DNA of 63,683 nt, filler included, from Parasitella parasitica NRRL 2501 (lineage: Eukaryota; Fungi; Mucoromycota), in the NCBI GenBank assembly GCA_025201805.1. It is 4 parts of 4 records of this genome, joined end to end, with 100 filler letters (N's around TTAATTAATTAA, not from the genome) between each part and the next. Parts side by side here need not be neighbours in the genome. Positions count along the whole stretch, not along the records: positions 34,838 to 58,446 come from MU619308.1; 3 more parts are not named here. One strand, given 5' to 3'. Shown piece after piece: positions 37,401 to 49,944 of this stretch; position 1 is the stretch's first letter, and every line of letters begins with the position of its first letter. Both the position numbers and the translations under genes were made by a program. Below the pieces are notes generated by a model. The model was not told where the DNA came from, did not search any database, and saw only the letters and a program-made list of their open reading frames with translations.

Positions 37401-37989
37401 ATTCAAATTATAATCTATACAGCAAGGAAAAAGGGCTGAGTGTGCCCAAAGCCGCCAGAAAGTGTATGCTCCCAAGAAGTGGTGGCTACGTTCTATCGAA
37501 GAAATTTAATGTGGGTAACTGAGATACTCTGCCCGGTAAATCAATGAAAGAAAAAAAAAGCCAACAGAGGAACACTAGCGAAGCTTTTGTCCCAGCATTG
37601 AATTATTTCAATAGGAATCCTTCATCGACCGGTCTTGCCCAAACCTAAAAGTAGATAGTGACATGATATGCTCAAGCAAGGAATATTTGTAGCAAGGTGA
37701 GGTCAATTTGGCTCAAACGCACATATTTGTATTTGAGAAGCTTTAAGCTCCTTTACCCATGTAAGCACTGCCAAAATGAAGTGGCCATTTTACTGGAATC
37801 ACTCAAAGACCATTATGAGCCTTCATTTAATACACCCGAAAAGCTTATCCAGGTCGCCATGCATTGGAGCAATTAGCTATTTTGTTTCACCTTGCTAATG
37901 AAAGCCACAACTAACAAAAAAGCGAAAATTAGTAACGTTTGTATATTGTTGAATATTACATAGCTAACCGTGAGTATTCACCAATATTA

Positions 37990-39486
37990 ACATTGCAGCA
38001 AGTAGTTTGTAGTTTAGCAATAGCTGATTTTAGTCAAACCAAAATGATTATGACATGGTGCGGTTAACAAGTTCAGTAGCAAGATAACACGTAGCGTTAA
38101 ATAATTGAAATGTAGAGTTCCTCCAATACTCTTCATATTGGTGCACCAAAAGAGCGCATTCAACATGCATTTACAAGAAAAAAACTATACAAATATGAAA
38201 TTTTTTGTTTTCCAAGATAGTTTCTCATCCAGGAAAAGAATTTTCATCTGCTTCTTCAGACGACGAGGATGGAAATTGAAAAACCTAATTCACAATTTCT
38301 GCGCATATCCAGGCTGACAACATGGATGATAAAACAGTAACCCCAAAGTTTTCAATAGAGAGGCTAATCTCGATAGTTTTGCGCCTAGTAACACAAGTTA
38401 CATATTTCATGGATATGTCTACTTGGAGCTTGGTATTAGCTAAGCAAGAGTGAATATAGCCGACAGTTTGCAAAGATCCTTTCAATTCTGCTTTGTTTTC
38501 CGGAAGGCTATCAAGCATATCTTTAAGGATTCTTGGTGATTTGTAGAATGCGTCTTTAAAGTGACCCAAAGAATTATCGTAATTTCCTTTAGCTTCAGCT
38601 GCACCAAATTCTAAAATTTAACTATGATGTTTTACTTGATATGTCCTAAATACAGATTCGCAATTGCGACCCATGCTCTTTTTAACCATCAGTATAATTC
38701 AAACTTGTCAAAACATACCTCTATCATTCTCCAGATGTGCGCTTGGTACAATATTTCGAAGTGATGTTTCTTCTTATTTCCACTTTCGTATTCGCGTAAT
38801 AAATCGTACACTGTGTAATTGATCCAATCCTATGTCTTTATCTAGGTTATCTCCAAAAGTATGATTTTGAGATTGTGTTTGTCTGTATGTTTTACCACAT
38901 GTGTTGGAGGCAAAGGCAGCTTCTTCTCTTCAAATTCGAGGGTTTTGTTATGTTCTCCCTTAGTAAAGACACAGTATTCGGCATAGCTTCAATCACCCGG
39001 GTCTATTGTGAAAGATTTGCCCGGATGATCTTCTTGACACTGTGAGCTAAATATGACTAGTTCGTTGTCCACATATTTGCCTGTACTTGATCTCCATCCT
39101 TTGTCTGAATCCTAAGCCTCAAACATCTTGACCAAGTTATCGCAACCGTTATCTTCTGTATAACTGTAAAAAATATCATATTCGATCAAAGTTGACTCAT
39201 TCTCAATAGCAGTTGTTTCTTCTTCCGCTGCTTGAGTTTTTTTTTTATTGTCTTCTTGTATTTTTGACGTGCTTGACGCTTTTTAATTGTTTCGTCTCTG
39301 ACTGGCCCAGATAATCATGTCTTTGATATTGTTACTCTTATTAAAGTCTGGACCCGTGATTTCTGCTAAACATTTTGCAAATTCTCTCTTAAATGAAGTT
39401 AAACATTCAGTTTTGGTTGTTTTTGCGAAATTTACAACATTGAAATTGTCGTGGTTTTGCTTTAGATACTCAACGTTATAACCCAT
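37990..39486 (-). pseudogene. Decayed PD-(D/E)XK/REase-like gene
   Basis: SMGRNCESVFR...LEFGAAEAK...FKDAFYKSPRILKDML...LQTVGYIHS, with several stops; boundaries approximate. Confidence 0.45.
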
Positions 39487-39489
39487 TTA

Positions 39490-40005
39490 TATGCAAGCAA
39501 GGTTTAAGCTTGCGCAAGTCAGTTGCGCAGCTCAGTATTTTGCATGCAACAGCTCAAAGTTGGAAGAAGAAATATGAAATGAGTAAGGATATTTTTAAAA
39601 GAAAAGAAGGAAGCGGTCAGCTCCAAGGTAGGCCACCAATCCTTGAAGAAGAGAACCAGAAGTATTTTCTTGATCTGGTAGATGATACTCCTTCTTTGGT
39701 CCTAGATCAAATGATGGAATGTCTCACTTGCCAAATTCGAGGGCTTGGAAATATCCAAAACTTCATTTTGCAATTTCGTTAAGAAAGAGTGCAAAATAAG
39801 CGCAAAACGTGCGTATTTCTATTTTGTAAATAGAAATAGTTTTGAGAAGCTAAAAAGCGGGAGACAAGAATGGGTTCAACGTTAGCTACAAACAGATATG
39901 GACTATTTAAGCAATTATGTTCTTATAGACGTATCAGGTTTTAATATAAACATGAATTGCTCTATAGCTTGGTCTACCAATGGCGAAGGTGCCATTGTGA
40001 AAAAG
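39490..40005 (+). pseudogene. IS630/Tc1-like transposase remnant (HTH plus first catalytic D region)
   Basis: AQLSILHATAQSWKKKY..GRPPILEEE..., DMDYLSNYVLIDVSGFNINM. Confidence 0.75.
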
Positions 40006-40098
40006 GTGTATTCCAAAATAAAATGAAGCTTTAAATGTAGTACAGAGTTTTCTTTTATTTGATTAAAAGGCGACATTCTATCAGATGATAGTTATTAA

Positions 40099-40517
40099 TT
40101 ATGAGTAATTCAACTCATTTAAATAATAAACAAATAATAGATATACCTTTGTACAAGAGGGCATATCTAATCTGAACAGAACACTGAAATCTGTTGCCAG
40201 TTTCAATGTAAGGCATTCTATAATACGAAAAGTAGCATGTTTTGACTCATTTTCACCGTAAATCAAGACAAGGAATAGTAATTTATCTAATGATGATGCA
40301 ACAGTAGCAAATTCTGGCATTAGTAGAATGATCTTCGATTCACGTCTTCATTATACAGGTTAAGATAATTAACGAGTAATAAAGTAAAATTGATGTATGA
40401 ATCTAAAGTGGTTGACTCCCTCACTTGTGTAATGCTTTGTGTTACCGAATGTAGTGAGTTTGTTAATACGGGTCCATGTACCTGGTGTGCGACTATCCAC
40501 AGTATACTCAAATGCAA
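40099..40517 (-). mobile_element. Possible Ty3/gypsy RT-RNaseH debris
   Basis: PEFATVASSLDKL and LATDFS resemble FIP.FS..AAPL..L and L.TDAS. Confidence 0.35.
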
Positions 40518-41192
40518 ATAATTTGGTCAATTAGCCGTCTAGTCGGTTGGGGTTATTGCCTTCATTTACAAATCCAAATTAACCCTCAATCAGATGTTAC
40601 TCTTGTTTTGCCGATCCACTAGTTAAATTAGGTCAAGTGCCTTGCTTTATTGTATAATTGAAGATTACCATACATATATGTATATATACACACGGAGAGG
40701 AAGAGAGAAAAAAAGAAATAATAATCAGCATGTTTGTTGTTGTACCTAGTACAGTCGTTTTACGTTTGTTGTGTCTCAGGGCAGAATAGTTTTGTTGAAT
40801 AACAAACATAGGGAGCATCTTTACTGCTTTATCTGTTGCAGCTTGATGTTTTAACAGTATAGCAATGGTAATGTTGTAGAGCATCTAGAAACATTTTATT
40901 ATTTGCAATGTGTTTAAATAATACAAAAACCGCCTGAGCCTGAGCAATAATCCTTTTTGTTTGGTACTATATAGAGACGAGTCGTCTCAATTTGAGTTAG
41001 TGAACTGAGCAATAATCCAAACACTACTGCCTATTTATAGTGACTGCAAGGCGATGCCATAATTTGCTTCTTTTCTTCTTGTTACATATTTCAGTTGTAA
41101 TGATTATCGGCCATCATAATTAAAGCAAGGTAAACGCACAGGAAGGCAAGATATGAATGTCTTTCAGATCTTAAATACAATTGCGTAGGAAT

Positions 41193-44100
41193 ATGGACAA
41201 ACAACGCAAGTCCAGCTTAACCAGTTTCAATTTTCAAACACCCGAGGACACAGTAAATGAAGAGGGAGTACTGTCAAAAATATTTGACAAAGTGTTCCAA
41301 GCCGTAGGAGGATATTCAGAACATGAGTACAATAGCCGCGACGACTCGATTCATCGCGAGCACCAAAAATTGCCAAACTCAATTAGCACAAACTCAAGTC
41401 TCAGCAAACATCTCACAACAGCATCGTCATCTACCACCATCTCGTCTTCCTCGACCACCGCTAACGTCAAGGAAGATTTTTCTACTGCTGATGCAGTTAT
41501 ACCAAGGTCCGCAAAATTTACTACCACTACCACTGCAACAACGACAACTATTGTCACTGTAGGCAATCAAAAGATTGAGCCAGCCTCGCCTATATTGACT
41601 GAACCTAGCAGCACAGCTGCCACAGTCCAGTTTATAGTACCAAGCAGCAACAAAAAAGCACAGGAGCAACATGACACATTAGAGTACTTGCTACAGTCGC
41701 CTTTAAATAAAAGGAGATCCATTGATAGCGACACTCAATCTGTTGCTACAAATTTCTCCATTAGCAACTCAAATTCACTGTCTAAAATACTGGCGAGATT
41801 GCGAGGGCAAAAGAGCGACAAAGAATTTTGGATGCCTGATGAGCAGTGCAAAGAATGTTATAAATGCCGCAAGCCATTCACATTGTTGAGAAGAAAGCAC
41901 CATTGCCGTACATGTGGTACAGTATAGACTTGCTTCGAAATGTGCGTGTATGTGTATGCATTCGATTCACTCACACTTTCGGAAATAGGCCAGATCTTTT
42001 GCAACAGATGTGCATCGCATGTTATTTCAGGCAAATTGTTCAAACAAAAGGGACAAGTACGGGTATGCAACTTTTGTTATGCAGAGCAATTACTACAGCT
42101 TGGACATGAAAACTCATCAATGGAAGCAGCAGTAGCTATTCCTCCACCACCGCCTCCACCGCCACTTCCGCCTGTGACGCAGGGAGATTATCAAATGAAT
42201 CAGCAAGACCAATCGCATGTAAAGCTACCAAAGGAACAGCAATCTATTATACCATCTCAAAAGCCCCCCTTGGCTGTACCTCAGATGCAGATTCCAACCA
42301 CTGCATTAAAGCAAGCACGAAGCACATATGGTAACGACAATACCACGACGTTTGCATTGGAAATACCTGCACGTGGCAGTGGATCTTATATCGCTAATGC
42401 AGTTGCAGCATCATCACCCATTGAGAGGTCCTATTTTAATTCAGAGCATTTTTCAAGCGCAGTTGACTCGCCCACAATTCCAACCATCACAACTACCAAT
42501 GCAACAGCAGCAGCAACGCCAACAGCAACAACACCAACAGACACAGGAGGTTTGAAACGTTTGTTTGACGCCGGTACATCGTTACTCAAATCATCAACAT
42601 CACGACCACGATCAAATACGTCATCGTCCGCTCCACTAGAGGACACAAGATACCCACAGCAATCGTCAATGCAACCGCCTCAATCTCCATGGGGACCATT
42701 TTCGCCCTACCACCTGGACCGTGGGGGTGGTACAGTTTTAGCGGAATCGCAACTGAGTCCTTTCCCAGGTAATCATCATGCTACTGCATCCGACCTTTAC
42801 CAGGATCAGTTGCACCATTATCCTCAATTCCACCATCACGGCAGTCATCATCATCATCATATTCATCATGCTCCCTATCCTCACAGCCATCTTCATCATT
42901 CTATATCAGCAGCATCCAACAGCACGCCTATTGCACCACCTTCTCCTTTGATCAGCAAGACCTCTCTGTTACATACTGCAACAAGACCAGACGCATTGTT
43001 AGCCACGCCATCCAGCAGCACAGCAACTACAGCAGCAATAGGAAGTGACGATGAATCTTATGACCAAAGGTTGCGTATCAAACGCACCGAAGAGCTGCGT
43101 GGTATGTCATCTGGCCGACCATCATTCAATTCGCTTCGACGACTAAGTTTGACTGGAAGCAGTAGCTCTGGTGGTGGTGGCGGCGGTGGCGGTGGTGGTG
43201 GCGGTGGGAACAGTAGTTGTGGTAACAATAACGGCGGTAATAAAAAACTGATGCGACATGGCAGCAGCAAAATTCGGATCAATACGATGAACTTGCCCAA
43301 ATCTCACGGCGAAGAAGGATCTTCAGTAGCGTCGCCTTTTGTCTTTGACATAAACAACAATAACGAGTCGACTGCATCGATGTGGACAATGAATCGATTA
43401 AGACTGCCACCCAGACAACGGCGATTGTCTGGCCCGCCCCAATCTGTTGAACTAAGTCAAAGCGCTCGCACACACGCCCGCAAGATGCTTCGCCAATTAA
43501 TGCAGGAAATTGCCTTGACTTGCACCGCCAAGGAGGAGTGGGAGGAGGTGATTATGAATATTTTGCTCAAAGTGACAAACAACGTTCAGCCCGATATTCG
43601 TGCAGGCGACGATATGGATGTTCGACACTATGTCAAAATTAAAAAAATACCAGGCGGATTACCAAGCGACAGTTTTTATGTGAAAGGCGTTATTTGCACG
43701 AAAAATGTAGCCCACAAACGCATGGCCAAGAACATAGCTCATCCAAGGATCCTCATCTTGATGTTTTCCCTGGATTACTCGCGCGTAGAAATGGAAAACC
43801 AGCTGCTCTCCATTGCTCCTGTCATTTCTCAGGAAAGGGAGCATGTTCGGAAACTGGTGGGGCGCATTGTAGCATTGAAGCCTTCGTTATTGCTGGTCAA
43901 GTCCACCGTGTCAAGGCTAGCTCTCGAGTTTTTACTGGCTGCCAACATTCCGGTGGTGCACAATGTAAAGCCCAGTGTTCTTGAAGCCATTGCACGATGC
44001 ACGCAGGCAAGTATTGTTACTTCTGTCGATAAGCTGCAGAATGGATTGTCCTTTGGTCGCTGTGGCTCGTTTGAAATTCGCACCGTCATGCACGAATGGC

Positions 44101-47100
44101 TGCCTAACCGAAGAAAAACATTCTTGATCTTTGACGATTGTGCTCCCGAATTAGGCGGAACCATTGTACTGCGCGGTGAAAAATTGGAGACTTTGAGGAT
44201 TATCAAACGGCTGATTGATTTCATGGTATTTGCGGTCAACAACCTGAAATTGGAAACATCATTGCTGCTGGATTCATTTGCAAAGAATCGCGGCGCTTGT
44301 TCTGGTGCCGACGAGAATGACAATAGAAATCGATCGCCTTTGATATCAATCGCTGCTACGTGCAGTATGGCCTCGATGGATGATGATGACGGACTGACGG
44401 TGAATGCCCACTATATTTGCGATTTACTGAAACTCTATCAGAATACAGTTTTGTCTGTCTCGCAGTTTGTTTCTTTTCCGCCTCCTTATCTACTGTTGCT
44501 ATTGAAAGACACTGAAGACAAGCTTGCTCAGATGCATCAAAAGAGACGCAAATCTGTATCTGGTTCTTCTATCCTTACCAATGCAACCACTGCCAAAGAC
44601 ATTCCTCTATCTGCATCGCCCACAAGGTCAACATTTGAAAAGCAGCAATTGGATACCTGCGATGATGAGTATGATCTAGTTGCCAAGAATCATCAAATAT
44701 CTCGTGCTTGGGACGCCTACATTGGCGAGAATCCTGAATCCATCTCTCCGTTCTATCATCAAAACATCGTTGTTCTATATTCCAGTGTGTGTACAGTCAC
44801 CACGGTTCCCTGCCAAGGGCCTGAAATCCGCATCTTTGGGTTTTATAGGTATCCATCTGACAAATCTTTGGGCCAGTATGTGATCGATCTGTGCAACGAT
44901 GCACGCCAGCCTTGCTCTTCCTTCATGTGTGATCATCCCATGTTGCAGCATTATCGATCCTACGCCCACGGAAACGCTCGAGTCAATGTGATGATCGAGC
45001 CATTCCCTTGTCCCTTGCCCGGCATGTCCGATAAACTGCTAATGTGGAGTTACTGCAAAGAATGCAACAAACATACTCCTGTATTACCCATGTCTGAGAA
45101 CACCTGGAATTATTCTTTTGGCAAATTTTTAGAGATCTTTTTGTACCAGCAAGGGGTGCACTGTCGCGCTGATATATGTCCTCATGACATGAATCGCAAC
45201 CACGTTCGTTATTTTGGATACAACGATCTGACAGTGCGTTTTCAATACGATGCTATTGATTTACTGGAGGTGTCAGCGCCGCCCATGAAACTATTCATTC
45301 AGAGCCAAGTACAGATGGATATCAAGGAGGCCGAGCTAAAGTCTCTACGAGCAAAAGTGAACAAGTTTTACCAGTCCATCACCGAGCGCAACAAAGCTTT
45401 TCCATTTGATCTAGTGGATCCTCGAAAACTAGAATCATGCAAAGCAGAGCTGCAGGACATGTCTTTGGAAGCTCAGGGCGAAAAGAAGGATGCGCTGCAA
45501 TTAGTTCAAAACGTGTATGCCACATCCGACCCGATAGACACACTTACAATTAACACTGTTCGTCGCAACTTGTTCCAGGTAGTAGCTCATTGGGATGCTG
45601 TCTATGCTGATTTCGTTCAGTACTACTTGCAGCCGGAACGTGAGCTGAAGAAACTCACCGCTACGCAATTTCGAAAGATGTTTCCTATAGACGACGCGCG
45701 GGCGATTCAAAATATGGATAGCGAACGTACAAAGCGAGCTACTGAAGTGACAGATCTGCCTTTGCTAGGTATTGGCCTTGATGGGGAGGATGATGATACT
45801 TTGATTGGACATATACTTAGGCGCAACAGCAGCAGCGGCAATATCAGCAAGACGCCCATTTTGTTTAATAGAGTGATGATGCCTGTTTTGTCCTTTTCAC
45901 CTTTGTCAGCATCAGCAGGGCTGTCGGCAACAGATGCTTCTAGCACAGCTGGTGAAAGCGATGTGGAAACTAAAAATCGAACGTCAAGCGTGGATCCAGA
46001 CCATAAAAACTCATTCTTGCAGCCTGATCTTCGACGTCGACTGTCTCTAGAGCTCATGCACGAATTGAACGAAAAGTTCAAGTCTAGTGAAGATTACCAT
46101 CAACGCCCTGCTGGAATGCTTTCATTGAATCGCATGTCGTCCAATAAATACTTGCGAGTAAAGAGCCCTGGTGGATTGTCTGCTACGTTTACTCCCTCAC
46201 GGATTCCTATACCTCGACAGCTGCGACATCAACAACAAGAATCACCAGACATTGTAGGGTCGCCCACGTATGAAAACTTTCAACGCTTCAACAATCCCAG
46301 TAGCTTTGATGCTAATCACTTGAACTCTCAATATTTACAGCATCGTCAACGCAACAGCAGTAAAAGCAACAAGGGAAAGCAGGCCATGGATAAAAAGAGT
46401 AGAAACAACCCAAGTGCATTGATGCCCAATAGACACCGGCACCATAGGCATTATTCCATCGGCCACAGCCAACACCTTCCAACCAAGCCAGGCCAATGCA
46501 ATGCTGATGATGACAGCGCAGGGACAGAACTGTCTTTTCTCCAACGCAGTGCAACTGCAAGAGCCTCCACAAACAGCACTGCGGATCGTCGATTCAGATC
46601 TCGTTTGCCTAGGAAAAAGACATACATCCAAGTATATACTCAGGCCAATGACCTTGTTAAGGAGGACATTGAGGATGAATTTAGTGGAGGTAGCACTGCA
46701 CATTACAAAACGCCAGCTGCAGCTGCGTCGTCAAGTTTCAGTCCTAGTAACAGACAGGGCCATCGGCAGCAACAGGAATTCTTTATCGGTAGACGAAGAA
46801 ACACGTATGCGCCTATTCGATTCTATCAAGACAGCGGTGTGGATGCAGATAACGATGACGACGACATGTCGGATGATAGCATTAGCAGCAGCTCATCCGA
46901 ATCCAATATGCCTGGTATCGACTACTTTTCAACATTGGCACCCTATGCGTCCGAAGTTGTAAAAAATGGCTTACCAGAAGGCGCACCGATAGAGCAGCTA
47001 GAGCAGTCTCCGCTACAAGAGTCTCCTCGACCAATGTCAGGTAACATTGGTTCACGGTATTCATCTCGTAAATCCTTCTTTCCATTTAGCGATGGTCAAA

Positions 47101-48889
47101 TGGACATGTCTTCTGGGATTTCAGGTGATGACGACGACACGAATCGAGATTTGCCCAGTGCATCCGAACTACTCAAGATACAGCAGCCTTCTGCCGAAGA
47201 CACTGTGTTGAGCAGTTTACACAATTTGCATCCTGACATGTTGCTTGAGAGTGTCACAACAGCAGCGGTGGCGGCGGCAGCAGCAGCAGAAGCTGGAACG
47301 GAAGGCACGTTTGGAAAACCACCGACCGAGAATTTGGATGAATTGAGACATTCTGTTGAAAAGATTTCATTTATGAAGACGTTAACCAACTTTTTGACAG
47401 ACAGTGGTGTTGGAAATTTGCTACCTTTAGACACGCCTTTGTAAGTGTGGATAATGAAGAATGGGTATAGAAATGGACATGTGTGCACTGTACTAAATGC
47501 TTTTTTTTTTAAAAAAAATACAGACAGTCAACCGAATACTTATTCCCTGATTCGTATGTAGTTGTGCGCGAAGATGAACCCAGCACCATCATTGCATACA
47601 CATTAAGTTCAGAAGATTATATTGAGAAAATGCACGATATCCAAGATTGCAGTAGTGGCGATCAGGGATCCAATGAAGGCACGATAAAGCCAGGGAATGT
47701 CTCTGTTAACGCACCGTCTGAAGCAACTACTTTGGACAACACTCTAAATAACCCAGCGCCTACAGCAGACGACATTCAAGAAACCCTGCTCCGAGAGTCA
47801 GGCACTCACATGAGATACAATTTCTCGACGGGATCTACCAAGTTCTTTTGCAAGATATTTTTTTCAGAGCAGTTTGATGCTTTGCGTCGCAATTGCGGAT
47901 GTGATGAGAGCTACATCATGTCTTTAGCGAGCTGCATCAAATGGGATTCTTCGGGTGGAAAGTCAGGATCTGCGTTTCTCAAAACCAAAGATGATCGCTT
48001 GCTAATGAAACAAATGTCGAAATACGAACTGGATGCTTTTCTTGGATTCGCTCCCGCTTATTTCCAGTACATGTCAGAGGCTTTCTTTAGTGAATTGCCC
48101 ACAGTACTGGCAAAGATTTTCGGATTTTATAGTATTGGATACAAGAACTCTGCAACTGGTAAATCGATGAGGATGGATGTGCTTGTCATGGAGAATCTGT
48201 TCTATCAACGGAACGTAAAAAAAGTAAGTTGTGTGGCGGTGAGGCTGTGATGTCGTTGTTAACTTGTGCCTAGATTTTCGACTTGAAGGGATCGATGAGG
48301 AATCGACATGTGCAATCTACAGGGAAGCAAGATGAGGTGTTGTTAGATGAAAACCTCGTCGAACGTAAGTGATCGTGTGCAGCACATACTTGCAAAGTGA
48401 TTTTATTCAATTCCTTCAACCATTAGTAATATATCAATCACCGCTGTTTATTCGAGCACATTCAAAAGAGATATTGAGAAGCTCGCTGCATAACGATACT
48501 TTGTTCCTGTCAAACAGAAACGTGATGGATTACTCGCTACTTGTGGGCATAGACGAAGAAAGGCAGGAGCTGGTAGTGGGAATTGTGGGTAAGTTGAACA
48601 TGCTCCATGTAATACGGCACTGCATTAATCGCTGGTTATGATAGATTTTATTCGAACATTCACCTGGGACAAGAAACTGGAAAGCTGGGTAAAGGAATCA
48701 GGCATATTAGGAGGGGGCGGAAAGGGCCCTACGATTGTATCCCCTCGCCAATACAGAATCCGATTCAGAGAGGCCATGGAGCGATACTTTTTGATGGTGC
48801 CTGATTTTTGGGCGCTAACGAGACAGAGTCGGACAACATATTCAGCTCTGCATAACCAACCCTCCAATTCTGAATCGGAAGAAGAGTAA
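41193..48889 (+). CDS. FAB1: 1-phosphatidylinositol-3-phosphate 5-kinase (PIKfyve/Fab1), multi-exon
   Basis: FYVE (WMPD...[10 protein letters not shown]|QIFC..C...RVCNFC), Cpn60/TCP1-like domain ([10 protein letters not shown]), PIP kinase ([46 protein letters not shown]). Confidence 0.96.
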
Positions 48890-48902
48890 TATTACCAAGT
48901 AT

Positions 48903-49654
48903 TTACTTAATAAAATTTGTACCATATTGTAAATGTACTGTAGAATATGGGTAATCTGTATATCCTCGGGCTTCATGTGCGTTAAAAGTTCCATAATCGA
49001 TAGGACTTAGCAGGTAATTATTAATGATTCTATGTGCAAGATCGGGATTGGATATGAACAGTCTTCCAAGCGTAATCATATCTGCCGTCCTCTCTGCATC
49101 TTCAATTGCGTGTTCCAGACAAAGTAATGTTGAGAAACCACTGGAAATCTTCCAAATAGACCTATAAACAGCAGCATCGTCTATATCAATGTCCTCGAAT
49201 GTTCTAATCTGCATAAAATGCACATGAGCCATTAGCGGTCAATTTTGCTGCGCATGAGATGGAAGATAACTGCAGATTTTGACCAGGAACTCCTCTGAGG
49301 CGCTATGAAACGCACCTTCTTCTGGCAAGACTCTGATGCCTGTTCTTTTGACTCCAATAGCTTCTACAGCACCCTTTTCCAGCCGTTGATTTGATCCTCA
49401 CTGTAAATACCTGGTCCTTGCGGATATTCGCGGGCTGTGGGACTGACTGACTGCAGTACATATAGTCAAGATTAGACCTTCTGCTGTGGCTCGCTAGCTG
49501 TAGTAAATTACCTGTAGATCTGTTCGTACACCATGCTCTTCGCTAGCACGAAGCCTAATTCAGAAAACCAAAATACCCAATGCTTTAGCTCAATGCCTCC
49601 AACATTGATTGGGGATGCAATTGCACTGTTTATGGAATCTTTAATCAATGACAT
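48903..49654 (-). pseudogene. Old Yellow Enzyme (NADH:flavin oxidoreductase) pseudogene with internal deletions
   Basis: SPINVGGIELKH, YYS*RATAEGLIL, AIGVKRTGIRV, GRLFISNPDL, GYTDYP in about 750 bp with stops and frameshifts. Confidence 0.85.
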
Positions 49655-49944
49655 TTCTTAACATTAATTGGGAGGAAGAATAGTGAAAGAAAAAGAGTAG
49701 TGGTTGTTCGCTTTTACAAACTAAATCAGTAAAAAACAAGACGCAGAGGATCAAGAGTCATCAGCTACGTACATATATATATATATAAAGAAAAAAAGAC
49801 ATAGGTTTTTATTGGTTTATAAGATAAAAGCGAATTTAGAATCATAGTAAAGTTCGAGATAGTTGTGCGAACCCAAAAGTGGAGCATATAAATGAAGGAA
49901 AGGAAGGGGGGGGGTGCATAATATATCCATAAGTGTTCTACTCT

